Below, one piece after another: positions 38,209 to 47,582 of a stretch of DNA of 64,000 nt. The translations under genes were made by a program, and so were the position numbers. How positions within the stretch are numbered: position 1 is the first letter of the stretch; every line of letters starts with the position of its first letter. This DNA is from Gemmatimonas sp. (lineage in GTDB: Bacteria > Gemmatimonadota > Gemmatimonadetes > Gemmatimonadales > Gemmatimonadaceae). Below the pieces are notes generated by a model. That model saw only the letters and a program-made list of their open reading frames with translations, was not told the DNA's origin and did no database searches. The stretch is from contig OZ257156.1 of NCBI GenBank assembly GCA_965279375.1, positions 1,408,001 to 1,472,000 of the forward strand, in the 5' to 3' direction.

Positions 38209-39894
38209 ATGACCTCATTCTCCCTCTCAGCGTCTGTCGTCCGTCGTGGGATGCGCCCAGTCGCCTGCGCGCTGCTTCTCATCGGGATGGCGGGACAGAC
38301 GGTGTCCGCACAGCAGACGGGCACATCGCCCGGAAGTCTGATCGCTGCAGCCGATCGCGTCTTCGAGACGTGGAACAACACGCACGGTCCTGGATGCGCC
38401 GTGGGAATTGCTCGAGGCGCGACGACGCTGCTCGAGCGCGGCTACGGCATGGCTGACCTCGCCGGCGAGCGGCCGATCACGCCGCAGACGATTCTCGAGT
38501 CGGGGTCGGTGGCCAAGCAGTTCACGGCGACCGCGGTGATGATCCTCGTTGCCGACGGCAAGCTGGCGCTCGACGACGATGCCCGAAAGTATCTGCCCGA
38601 GTTGCCCGTCTACGATCGCGTGATCACGGTGCGGAACCTGCTCACACACACGAGCGGCCTGCGCGAGTGGAGCAACCTCGTGGCGTGGCAGGGGTGGCCC
38701 CGCGGCACGCGGATGCACACCAACCCCGACGTGTTTCGGCTCATCACGTCGCAACGTCGTCTCAACTATCCCGTGGGTGATCACTACTCCTACACGAACT
38801 CAGGCTTCCTGCTGCTGCGCACGCTCGTCGAGCGCGTCAGCGGGCAGGACTTCGAGGCGTTCACGTCGGCGCGCATCTTCACACCGCTGGGGATGACGCA
38901 CACATCGTGGCGAGGCGACTTCACGCGCATCGTGCCGGGGCTGGCGCAGGCGTACTCGCGAACGACATCGGGGTGGCGCCTCGACATGCCCTTCGACAAC
39001 GTGATCGCGGCCGGCGGCCTCTGGACCACTGTCGGCGACTGGCTGCGCTGGAACCAGCATCTGACCACCAAGACACTCGGCAGCGCCGTCGTCGATTCCA
39101 TGACGCGCCAGATGCGACTCACGAGCGGTCTGCAGATCGCGTATGCGCTTGGCCTAACGGTCGGTCGCTATCGTGGTACCAAGGAGATCGGACACTCCGG
39201 CAGCACGGCTGGCTACAGCACCTATCTGGCGCGCTATCCTGAGCTGGGCGAGCTCTCGATCGCCGTGATGTGCAACGCCGCCGGCGCGAGCGCGACGAGC
39301 TACACTCATGCGCTGGTCGATGCGCTGCATCCCACGCTCCCGCGCGTCGCAGCGACGGATACGGTGGCGACGGATCAGCAATCGCTGTTGGCGTGGCGTG
39401 GCCTCTACGAGGACCAGCGCTGGCACACGATCTCGCGGCTCGACACCAGCGGCGGCGTGATGCGACTCGAGTCCGCCCCGCTGCGCGCGATCGGGAATGG
39501 CGTGTTTCAGGCCGGTGCTACCCGGTTGCGTTTGGCTGGAGGCACTGGCACGACGGCGCGCACGATCCGCACTGCGACGAGCGACGGCGATTCCGTGACC
39601 TATATGTGGCGCGCCGAGGGCGCGTGGACACCTACGTTGGCGGAGATCGCGGCGATCGCTGGCGAGTATCGCAACGAGGAGATCGGCGTGACGTTCACGG
39701 TCGTCGCTCGCGACGGCAAGCTTGTACTCAGTCCGCGCGCCGGCATGGAGTCGGTGCTGGTTCCCACGGCGCGCGACGCGTTCAACAACGACGGTGAAGC
39801 CGTGTGGTTCACGCGGGATGCGCGCGGCAAAATTCGTGACATGCACTTCGGCGCGTCGCGCGTCTGGGATTTCGTGTCCGTTCGCGTGCGATGA
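38209..39894 (+). CDS. Serine hydrolase (beta-lactamase/AmpC-like family)
   Basis: GSVAKQFT (SxxK), LLTHTSGL, YSYTN, IGHSG. Confidence 0.92.
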   Translation: MTSFSLSASVVRRGMRPVACALLLIGMAGQTVSAQQTGTSPGSLIAAADRVFETWNNTHGPGCAVGIARGATTLLERGYGMADLAGERPITPQTILESGSVAKQFTATAVMILVADGKLALDDDARKYLPELPVYDRVITVRNLLTHTSGLREWSNLVAWQGWPRGTRMHTNPDVFRLITSQRRLNYPVGDHYSYTNSGFLLLRTLVERVSGQDFEAFTSARIFTPLGMTHTSWRGDFTRIVPGLAQAYSRTTSGWRLDMPFDNVIAAGGLWTTVGDWLRWNQHLTTKTLGSAVVDSMTRQMRLTSGLQIAYALGLTVGRYRGTKEIGHSGSTAGYSTYLARYPELGELSIAVMCNAAGASATSYTHALVDALHPTLPRVAATDTVATDQQSLLAWRGLYEDQRWHTISRLDTSGGVMRLESAPLRAIGNGVFQAGATRLRLAGGTGTTARTIRTATSDGDSVTYMWRAEGAWTPTLAEIAAIAGEYRNEEIGVTFTVVARDGKLVLSPRAGMESVLVPTARDAFNNDGEAVWFTRDARGKIRDMHFGASRVWDFVSVRVR

Positions 39895-40631
39895 AGCTGC
39901 CGCACACGGACCCGCGCGCCATTGCGCTTGGCGCGGCCATTCGTGATGGCGATGTGCACGCGCTGCAGCGGCTGCTCGATGCAGAGCCGCCGCTCGCTGC
40001 CGCGCGTATCGTCGACGGCAAAGGGGTCGCTCGCACGTTGCTGCACGTGGTGGCCGACTGGCCGGGCCACGTACCCAATGGCGCGCAGCTGGTGTCCATG
40101 CTCGTGAAGGCGGGTGCACCGGTGGACGCCGCGGTGGTGCATGCCACGTCGCACGGTTTGCCCGAAACCGCGCTGCACTGGGCGGCGAGCAGCAACGACG
40201 TAGCGGTGCTCGATGCACTGCTGGACCACGGTGCCAACATCGAGACGCCCGGCGCGGTCTTCACGGGCGGCACCGCGATGTCGGACGCGGTGGTATTCGC
40301 ACAGTGGCGCGCCGCGCAACGTCTCCACGAGCGTGGGGCGCTCACCACGCTCTGGCAGGCTGCAGCGCTCGGCTTGCTCGAACGTGTGCGAATGCTGTGC
40401 GAACAGGCGCCGGAGCCCACCCTGCGTGACCGGAGCAACGCGCTGTGGCACGCCAGTCGCGCCGGTCAGACGGAAGTGGTGCAGTGGTTGGCAACGAATG
40501 GCGCAGAACTGAACTGGATCGGGCACGACGGCAAGACCGCGCTCGACGTTGCGATGGAATCGGAGCAGGAGACGCTGACGTCCTGGCTGCGAGCTCAAGG
40601 CGGGAAGCGGGCACGTGATGTCGCGCGCTAG
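39891..40631 (+). CDS. Ankyrin-repeat protein
   Basis: TLLHVVADWPG, ETALHWAAS, GKTALDVA. Confidence 0.9.
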   Translation: MKLPHTDPRAIALGAAIRDGDVHALQRLLDAEPPLAAARIVDGKGVARTLLHVVADWPGHVPNGAQLVSMLVKAGAPVDAAVVHATSHGLPETALHWAASSNDVAVLDALLDHGANIETPGAVFTGGTAMSDAVVFAQWRAAQRLHERGALTTLWQAAALGLLERVRMLCEQAPEPTLRDRSNALWHASRAGQTEVVQWLATNGAELNWIGHDGKTALDVAMESEQETLTSWLRAQGGKRARDVAR

Positions 40632-42234
40632 TGCGTTCGGAGTATTCGCCGCGTTGCTGACGGCATGCTCCTCGTCCATGTCGTCGCGCCGTGTCGCATC
40701 CAACTCCACCACGGCAACGCTCGACGCACGACTCGAATCGCGCACGGTGCGTGCGTCATCCAACCCCATCCTGTCGAGCGGTGCCGACTACACCGCCGAT
40801 CCCGCCCCATTGGTGGTGGGCGACCGTTTCTATCTGCTGACCGGGCGCGATGTCGCGAAGCCGAGCGTGAACGACTTCACGATGCCCGAGTGGCAAATGC
40901 TCGTGACTGATCGCGAGCCAACCGCGGGGCGATGGACGCACTATCCGCATCTGCTCAAACCGGAGGCGGTCTTTGCGTGGGCCACACCGGGGCGCGCGTA
41001 TGCCGCGCAGATCGTGCGCGGTGCGAACGGCAAGTTCTATCTGTACGCGCCGGTGGTGCAGGCCAAGACGACCTCCAAAGATCCCTTCGCGATTGGCGTG
41101 GCAGTCTCCGAGTCGCCGCTGGGGCCATGGACCGACGCGCATCCGCAGGGGCCGATCGTGTCGCAGTCATATCCGCTCGCCAACACGATCCAGAACATCG
41201 ACCCCACAGTGCTCGTGGACGACGATGGTCGCGTCTATCTGTACTGGGGAACGTTCGGGAAACTCAAGGGCGTCGAACTCGAACGCGACATGGTCACGCT
41301 CAAGGGCACTCCAGTCGATGTGACGTCGCTCAACGGCTTCTTCGAAGCGCCGTGGCTCTTCAAGCGGAATGGCGTCTACTATCTGGCGTACGCCGGCAAT
41401 ACCGCAGGCCCAGACTCCGAGTGCACCGAAGCTGTCTACTACGCCTGCATCGCCTATGGCACAGCGCCCTCGCCGCTCGGGCCGTGGACGTATCGCGGTG
41501 TCGTGCTCGACCCGGTGTCGTCCACAACGTCACATCCGGGCATCGTGGCGCATCGCGACGGCTGGTACATCGCGTATCACACCGCCGACGCAACCGATGG
41601 TGGACACTTCCGCCGCTCGGTCGCAGTCGATCGTCTCGAGTGGGACGATGCCGTCGTGCCGGCGCGCATGCGCAAGGTCGTGCCAACAGGTGGAGCGCCG
41701 CGCGCACGCACGCCCATCGCCAACATCGCGTCGCACGCGCGCATCGCTGCATCGAACATGCCCGTGCCCGTGCAGTACTGGTTGCGCGCACTCAACGATG
41801 GCAAGGTTCACACAGTGCCGCTGCCGCCGGACATGTGGGCCACGTGGACGCGCAGCAATCCGCCGCAGCAGTGGAGTCTCTATCAGTGGGACGCCCCCGT
41901 GACGCTGACCGCATCGAGCCTCTACTTCTGGGGCGATCAGCCTGCCGGATCCGGCATCGGTGTCGCGCCGCCCAAGGCATGGCACCTGGAGTACTGGACC
42001 GACGCAGGGTGGCGCGCTGTCGATGCGAAGACGCCGTACACCAGTACTCTGCACGCCTTCAATCGTGTGGACTTCTCGCCAGTTACCACGCGTTGTCTGC
42101 GCGCGGTGTTCGATGCATCGACCGATGGAATGACATTCGCCGCAGTTGCCGCGCAGGAATGGCAGGCGTTCGCGACGACACCGCGTGTACCGCTGCAACC
42201 GTCGGTCAGGGGTCGCGCATCGGCCACCTGCTGA
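40618..42234 (+). CDS. GH43 glycoside hydrolase lipoprotein with C-terminal carbohydrate-binding module
   Basis: Lipobox LTAC, ADPAP, NIDPTVLVDDDG, FFEAPW, TTSHPG. Confidence 0.88.
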   Translation: MSRASAFGVFAALLTACSSSMSSRRVASNSTTATLDARLESRTVRASSNPILSSGADYTADPAPLVVGDRFYLLTGRDVAKPSVNDFTMPEWQMLVTDREPTAGRWTHYPHLLKPEAVFAWATPGRAYAAQIVRGANGKFYLYAPVVQAKTTSKDPFAIGVAVSESPLGPWTDAHPQGPIVSQSYPLANTIQNIDPTVLVDDDGRVYLYWGTFGKLKGVELERDMVTLKGTPVDVTSLNGFFEAPWLFKRNGVYYLAYAGNTAGPDSECTEAVYYACIAYGTAPSPLGPWTYRGVVLDPVSSTTSHPGIVAHRDGWYIAYHTADATDGGHFRRSVAVDRLEWDDAVVPARMRKVVPTGGAPRARTPIANIASHARIAASNMPVPVQYWLRALNDGKVHTVPLPPDMWATWTRSNPPQQWSLYQWDAPVTLTASSLYFWGDQPAGSGIGVAPPKAWHLEYWTDAGWRAVDAKTPYTSTLHAFNRVDFSPVTTRCLRAVFDASTDGMTFAAVAAQEWQAFATTPRVPLQPSVRGRASATC

Positions 42235-42270
42235 GTATTGCCTCACCAACACCATCCCCTCGAATCAATC

Positions 42271-42786
42271 ATGCACACAACCGACATCGCAGCGTACCTC
42301 AGCGCCGCTCGGCGGGACCTCTGGCAGGCATTGCGTCAGCTTCCGGAGGAGGAGCTGGAACGACCGCTGCTGAGCGGTGAGCGATTTCACAGCATCAAGG
42401 ACCTCGTCTTCCACATCGCGGCCGTTACCGACGGCTGGCTCCATGAAGACATCCTGCGTGTACCGCCGGTGCTCGAGCAGTATCCGACGCTCCTCGCGAC
42501 GGACGGAGGGCCGGTGTACGCAGCGTTTCCGCTCGAACTCCTGCTCGACTACTGGGGTGCCGTGGAAGCACGGAAGGACGCCTTCGTCGCCACGCTCACA
42601 CCCGCTGAGGAAGCGCGCATCGTCACGGTGCATGATGCGCCTGATGAGCACTACAGCGTGGATGGATTGCTCTGGCACACGATGATTCACGAGATGCGAC
42701 ATACCGCGCAGATCTGTGTGCTGCTGCGCAACGCTGGCGTCAAACCGCCGTCGCTGGATCTGCTCTTCTATCTGCCTGCGGCTTGA
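42271..42786 (+). CDS. DinB family protein
   Basis: SIKDLVFHI, HTMIHEMRHTAQI metal-binding His motif. Confidence 0.9.
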   Translation: MHTTDIAAYLSAARRDLWQALRQLPEEELERPLLSGERFHSIKDLVFHIAAVTDGWLHEDILRVPPVLEQYPTLLATDGGPVYAAFPLELLLDYWGAVEARKDAFVATLTPAEEARIVTVHDAPDEHYSVDGLLWHTMIHEMRHTAQICVLLRNAGVKPPSLDLLFYLPAA

Positions 42787-43175
42787 TGCGTGTTCGCCTG
42801 CGCTACATGATGCTCTGGGCTGCAACAATCGTTGCAGGGCTGGCGGTGCACTGGTACGGCGGCGCGCTCGGCGAACGTACGCAGGATTGGACCGGTGATG
42901 CGCTGTGGGCATTCATGATCGCGGCCGGCGTGAGCGCAATCGAGCCCACACTCACGCGCGGCGCGCGCGGTGGTGTCGCGCTTGGCATCTGCGTCGCCGT
43001 GGAGTGCAGCCAGTTGGCGCACGCACCGCTGCTCGACCAGGTGCGGGCCACGACGTTGGGTCACCTCGTCCTCGGCAGTGGCTTCGATGTACGCGACCTT
43101 GGAGCGTACTTGTGCGGCGTGATGGTATTCGTGCTGATCGACGGATGGTATGTGAAGCCGTACGCGCGCCGCTGA
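42786..43175 (+). CDS. DUF2809 membrane protein
   Basis: GDALWA, VECSQL, LGHLVLGSGFDVRDL.AY. Confidence 0.85.
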   Translation: MRVRLRYMMLWAATIVAGLAVHWYGGALGERTQDWTGDALWAFMIAAGVSAIEPTLTRGARGGVALGICVAVECSQLAHAPLLDQVRATTLGHLVLGSGFDVRDLGAYLCGVMVFVLIDGWYVKPYARR

Positions 43176-43270
43176 CTTCGGGCTCCTGGACCTTACGCGA
43201 TAGCGTGAGGTCTGGCACAGTGCGGCCCTGTGCTGCAAACTGTTCGCGACCTCGACGAGCCCCCTAGCCC

Positions 43271-44398
43271 ATGATACCGCCGCGTCCATTCACCGCGTTC
43301 GCGATGCTCGTGCTCACAATGAGTGCGCGCCCCACGGGCGTCTCCAATCAGCCGCGACTGACTGAGCGCACCCTCAGCGACATCGCGGTCATCAGTGTCC
43401 CGCGCTCGCTCACGCCGGATCAGAAAGGGGAAACGAAGAACGCGCCGTGGGACGAAGACATGGGCAAGCTCTCCTTCGGCTTCTCCAACACGTACTTCTG
43501 GGCATCGATGGGAAGCGTGACGGCGTACAAGGAGCGGCTGATCGTCTCCGTTATGGCTCCCGACGCAACCGCCTCGGAGTACGCGGAGTCGCCACGCCGC
43601 ATGAGCATCAGCTACGAGCAACGACGCAAGGTTCGGAGCACTGCCATCGGTTCCGGCTCACTCACGGTGTACGAGGGGATCTACACGCGTGGCAGCGAGA
43701 CCGAGCCGGCGTTGCAGTTCGTCTACAGCGATCGCGCGCGACGGTTGCAGATCGTGTGGCACGCCGTGAAGCAGGAAGTGGATCTCGAAACCGGCGTCAC
43801 GCAGATCGGGCGCATCGCGGCGTCGTTCAAGATCGTCAAAGATCCGTTGACGAAGTTCGCCTCGATGCGTGATGCGCCACGGCAGGAGGCGGAGTCGCGC
43901 ACGAGCAAGCGCGCGACCGTACTGGCGATGCTGCGTCGCGAGGGATACACGACGCTCGAGCCCGGAATGCCGATCCTGCGAAACGGCGTGTACCTCGAGT
44001 GGATGTCCGACCCTGAGCCGCGCTATCAGTTGCTCGTGCCGCTGGGGCGCATGCGTGGACCGGCGAATGGATCGGTGGTGAACCGGCCTCGCCCTCTTGC
44101 TGCTGCGTCACGCCTTGCCGGCTCGGTTGGTTGGCGCGAGATGCAGGATGGCGAGTGGGTCTTCACCAACCAGGACAATGCCTACCTGCCGCTACCCGGC
44201 ATCGCAGCACAGCTATCGACGCAGCAGAAGGAGGATGGCTACGTCTACTTCTTCTACGTGGGCACGGTGCGCGTGGAAGAAGTGTCGGACGATCGCCTGC
44301 TGACGTCGCTGCGCTGGTTTCTCGATGACGTGCCCGAGGTGCAGCGACGTTGGCGCGATGGCACGCTGGTGGGGCCTGGTAGGCCGGAAGCCGAGTGA
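43271..44398 (+). CDS. Hypothetical secreted protein
   Basis: 375-aa ORF with signal-like N-terminus. Coupled to the downstream gene. Confidence 0.7.
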   Translation: MIPPRPFTAFAMLVLTMSARPTGVSNQPRLTERTLSDIAVISVPRSLTPDQKGETKNAPWDEDMGKLSFGFSNTYFWASMGSVTAYKERLIVSVMAPDATASEYAESPRRMSISYEQRRKVRSTAIGSGSLTVYEGIYTRGSETEPALQFVYSDRARRLQIVWHAVKQEVDLETGVTQIGRIAASFKIVKDPLTKFASMRDAPRQEAESRTSKRATVLAMLRREGYTTLEPGMPILRNGVYLEWMSDPEPRYQLLVPLGRMRGPANGSVVNRPRPLAAASRLAGSVGWREMQDGEWVFTNQDNAYLPLPGIAAQLSTQQKEDGYVYFFYVGTVRVEEVSDDRLLTSLRWFLDDVPEVQRRWRDGTLVGPGRPEAE

Positions 44399-44877
44399 TG
44401 GCAGCGATCATCGGCTATCTGATCTGCGGCGGCTTCAGCGTGATGTTTCTCTATGTGGGCATTACGCAGCTGCTGCAACAGCGGCGCAATCTCGAGAACG
44501 CGGAGCGGATCGACGCCATCGTCATCGCGTCGTCCGTGTCGGTGAGCAAAACGGCGGACACCGATGGGCGCGTGGGCTTCAGCAACAGCACCACGAGTCA
44601 CTCGCCGGACGTGCGGTTTCGCTACGTCGTGGACGGAGAGACGTACGAGAGCACGCGACTGTACCCGTCCGTCATCGAGCGATCATATGCATCCGCATCC
44701 GCTGCGGCCGACGTGCTCGCATCGTTCCCACTCAACGCGAAGGTGCGCGCGTGGGTGGATCGTGCGCATCCAGAACGGGCGTTTCTCATCGCCGAGAAGA
44801 GCAGCGGGCCGCTCGTGTTCGTCATCCTGGGATTCGTGATGATCCCGGTGGCGTGGGGCGTCGGGAAGATTCTGTGA
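44398..44877 (+). CDS. DUF3592 membrane protein
   Basis: TM, P.VRFRYVVDGETY, VWVD..HPERAFL-like motif, C-terminal TM. Confidence 0.8.
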   Translation: MAAIIGYLICGGFSVMFLYVGITQLLQQRRNLENAERIDAIVIASSVSVSKTADTDGRVGFSNSTTSHSPDVRFRYVVDGETYESTRLYPSVIERSYASASAAADVLASFPLNAKVRAWVDRAHPERAFLIAEKSSGPLVFVILGFVMIPVAWGVGKIL

Positions 44878-44907
44878 GTGCGATGGCGACGTCGCTCAGA
44901 AAAACAT

Positions 44908-45450
44908 TCAGCAGCATTCCATGAACACGAACATGCGCTTGCGTGCTGCGTTCCACACCATGAAGATCGAGTTCTCGTAGCCGAACGAGAGCATGATCTG
45001 GTGCGTCGGCGACGGTGACATCTTCTTCAATGCTGCCGCGTCGCCCATGTGTTCAACCTGCTCGCGATTGATCGGCTGACGCTTGACACCCAGTAGTGCG
45101 TCGTCGAGCCGCTTCGTCATGAAGGCCGCAAGTTTCGGCGGCGAATTGCGGATCGCATCGATGTCGTTCATCTCATCCTCGCTCGTCCAGCGTTGCTGGT
45201 GCGCCACGAGCCCGTTCACGTAGAACGTCATCGTGATGGCGAGACTGTCTGCACGTTTGCCTGCAGCGGTCAGCACGATCGAGTCACGCGGATTCGCGCC
45301 GGTGAGATCGATGGTGCGCGCTCGGCGATACGGGAACCGCTGCGCCGCCGTCGACTGCGCCACCGTCGCGTGCGCGCGTGAGTATGCGCCCGCAACTGCA
45401 GGCCGCACGACCACGCCCGCGATCAGAAGCACACCAACGAAGCGTCGCAT
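44908..45450 (-). CDS. Hypothetical secreted protein ending in ECC
   Basis: Signal peptide from ATG 45450. The start lies downstream of the cotH terminator. Confidence 0.65.
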   Translation of the reverse strand: MRRFVGVLLIAGVVVRPAVAGAYSRAHATVAQSTAAQRFPYRRARTIDLTGANPRDSIVLTAAGKRADSLAITMTFYVNGLVAHQQRWTSEDEMNDIDAIRNSPPKLAAFMTKRLDDALLGVKRQPINREQVEHMGDAAALKKMSPSPTHQIMLSFGYENSIFMVWNAARKRMFVFMECC

Positions 45451-45461
45451 GATGGCAGACC

Positions 45462-45501
45462 AAAAAGCGCCCCGAGCCATGAGAGACAAGCTCGGGGCGC
45501 T
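45462..45501 (-). terminator. Intrinsic terminator of the cotH-like gene
   Basis: Perfect 12-bp stem AGCGCCCCGAGC / GCTCGGGGCGCT with a T-tract on the minus strand. Confidence 0.8.
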
Positions 45502-45531
45502 GGAACTGCTCCCCTCACTCGAGGCGATGCG

Positions 45532-47256
45532 CTACCGCGCGCTCTCCGGGATCGCCTTGAGCAGGAATGTACGTCGCTTGTCCACGAATGCCTTGAGCGC
45601 CTCGGTCCCCGTCGTGAACGATTCGGTCGAGTAGAGTTTGCGCATGTCCCGCGGAACGTCGCTCGCGATGAGCTTCTGATACTGCGCGACCACGGGCCCC
45701 AGGTTCTTCCAGTCTAGATCGCGCTCGGCGATCTGCCGAACGTATGCGAGATACTTCGCGCGCAGCGCGGGCACGGCGAGCAGCTTGGAGCGCAGCGGCG
45801 TGGTGCTGTTGTCGAGCCCGATCAGTGGATCGAGATCCGGTCCGCCTTCCATCATCGGGCCACCGCCGCGTCCACCTCTCCCACCGGGCATTCCGCCGCC
45901 GGGAGGCATACCGGGTGGCATTCCTGGCGGCATACCGGGCGGCATTCCCGGTGGCATGGCACCGCTCATGCCCGGCGGCGGACCAAAGGGCATCCCACCG
46001 GGGCCCATGCCTGGCGGTCCTTGTCCCCCTTCAGCAGGGAACGCCTCGTTCATGTCGTGCGGAATGACATGGAAGCGTCCCGTCGTGTCCTGATAGATGC
46101 TGTAGTCGCTCGCGCGCGTCCAATAGCCGTCGCTGTTCACGAGCGCGACATCCACCGCGAGAAAGCGCAGTGCCTCGTCGATGTCGAGCAACGGCGACAG
46201 TGCGTTCACCAACTGATCGGCCGGCGTGGTGTTGAGCACCTTGAACATCGCGATGAGTGCGTTCCACCGCGCCGGATCATCCTTGGTCTTGAGCTCGTAG
46301 CGCGAACGGTAAAGCGCGACGCTGTCGCCCAGATACTCCATGCCGCCGCGCGCGCCCGGGCTGCCCGGCACCTGCCAGCGTGCGCCGCTGGTCGTGCCGT
46401 AGGTGAGCTGCAGGAAGTCGCGGTTGTACTGCTGCTGACTGGCGTACGTGCCCCAGCTCTCGCCGTTGATGACCACGCGCACGAGATTCGCCTTGGGCGC
46501 CGGCAGGTAGCGATTGGCGATCTGCGAGTAGAGCACCGTGCGCACGAACGTCGGATCGTTCGCGGCGTTGAGCAGATTGAGCGTGCGGAAGCCGCCGACC
46601 GTCTGGTTCTCGACGACATCATCGAACGCCAGGTTGAGCGAACGCTTCCTGCCGCGCGGCACCATGAAGTACGACGAGTTGCCGCGAAAGTGCACACCTA
46701 CGTCGCGATAGCGCACCCCGTCGATGGTAACCTGCGCCGGCACTTCCACATCGGTGTTGTTGAACGCTTCGAGCTCCTGCTCCCAATCGGCGTTCTCGAA
46801 CTCGAGGAAGATCGTGCGATACGTCTTCGCATCGTAGAGCGGTGCCTTGCCCGCCGATGCCACATCGCTGGGCTTCATCGACACGCCGCGCGCGACCGGC
46901 GTGGTATCGCTCGCACCGCCGCCACGCCGACCCGGGGGCCCACCAAACCCGCGGCCGCCCGGCGGCATCCCCGGCGGCATCCCCTGCTGCATGCCCTCCG
47001 GCGACGCCAGCCACGCGCGTGCTGCGCGCCGCTCCGCGTTGTCGAGATGCTTGTTGGAGTCGGTGTCGAACTTGGCGACGAGCTGGCGATCCGCGCCCAT
47101 GCCCGGTGGACCGCCGCCCGGGAATCCTCCCGGGAATCCGCCCGGGCCACGGCCTGCGGTCGGCTGCTGCGCCACCAACGGCTGCGCGGTGCCGAATGCG
47201 CCAATCAGCGCGGCAATCGCGCTGATGCCTGCGAGAGAACTGCAGCGATTCGTCAT
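45532..47256 (-). CDS. CotH kinase family protein with EF-hand-like motif and PPGM repeats
   Basis: VGVHFRGNSS, KRSLNL, LNLLNA..DPTFVR, NSDGYW..ASDY, IPHDMNE. DTDSNKHLD EF-like loop. Confidence 0.88.
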   Translation of the reverse strand: MTNRCSSLAGISAIAALIGAFGTAQPLVAQQPTAGRGPGGFPGGFPGGGPPGMGADRQLVAKFDTDSNKHLDNAERRAARAWLASPEGMQQGMPPGMPPGGRGFGGPPGRRGGGASDTTPVARGVSMKPSDVASAGKAPLYDAKTYRTIFLEFENADWEQELEAFNNTDVEVPAQVTIDGVRYRDVGVHFRGNSSYFMVPRGRKRSLNLAFDDVVENQTVGGFRTLNLLNAANDPTFVRTVLYSQIANRYLPAPKANLVRVVINGESWGTYASQQQYNRDFLQLTYGTTSGARWQVPGSPGARGGMEYLGDSVALYRSRYELKTKDDPARWNALIAMFKVLNTTPADQLVNALSPLLDIDEALRFLAVDVALVNSDGYWTRASDYSIYQDTTGRFHVIPHDMNEAFPAEGGQGPPGMGPGGMPFGPPPGMSGAMPPGMPPGMPPGMPPGMPPGGGMPGGRGGRGGGPMMEGGPDLDPLIGLDNSTTPLRSKLLAVPALRAKYLAYVRQIAERDLDWKNLGPVVAQYQKLIASDVPRDMRKLYSTESFTTGTEALKAFVDKRRTFLLKAIPESAR

Positions 47257-47347
47257 TCGAACAACTCCAAACGCGTGAAGGTAGACCGATTCGACGTACA
47301 GCTACTGAGCGGAGAGAGCTCGCCCTGTGACCCGTACGCCAGCGACA

Positions 47348-47431
47348 CGCCATTCGCTGAACGCGATTCGCTGAAGGCCATACGCCGAACGCCATACGCT
47401 AACCGCCATACGTGACACGTGACACGTGACG
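47348..47431. repeat. Heptanucleotide tandem array (12 units, CGNNNNN)
   Basis: cgccatt cgctgaa cgcgatt cgctgaa ggccata cgccgaa cgccata cgctaac cgccata cgtgaca cgtgaca cgtgacg. Confidence 0.85.
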
Positions 47432-47582
47432 CCGGGCACCATACTGGCGACACATGAACCCCTGAAAACCCTATTGCCAGCGCGCCCATTTGCCGGGTCT
47501 GCCGATTGGTGCGTATGTAGTCGCAGCTGAACGCACCCTCAATCGTACACTGACTCCGGGCTCCACTTCAACGCACGCGACT

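Noticed and set aside
38209..39894. True beta-lactamase
   Set aside because: SxxK serine hydrolase with long C-terminal extensions and an HSG motif, typical of peptidase/esterase-like members. Resistance is not supported.
43180..43262. Possible tRNA (closing stem, GTTCG)
   Set aside because: No proper D arm, T stem, 7-nt anticodon loop geometry or CCA end. Kept only as a structured-RNA candidate.
47348..47431. Possible CRISPR array
   Set aside because: 7-bp period, no unique spacers, no cas genes in the window
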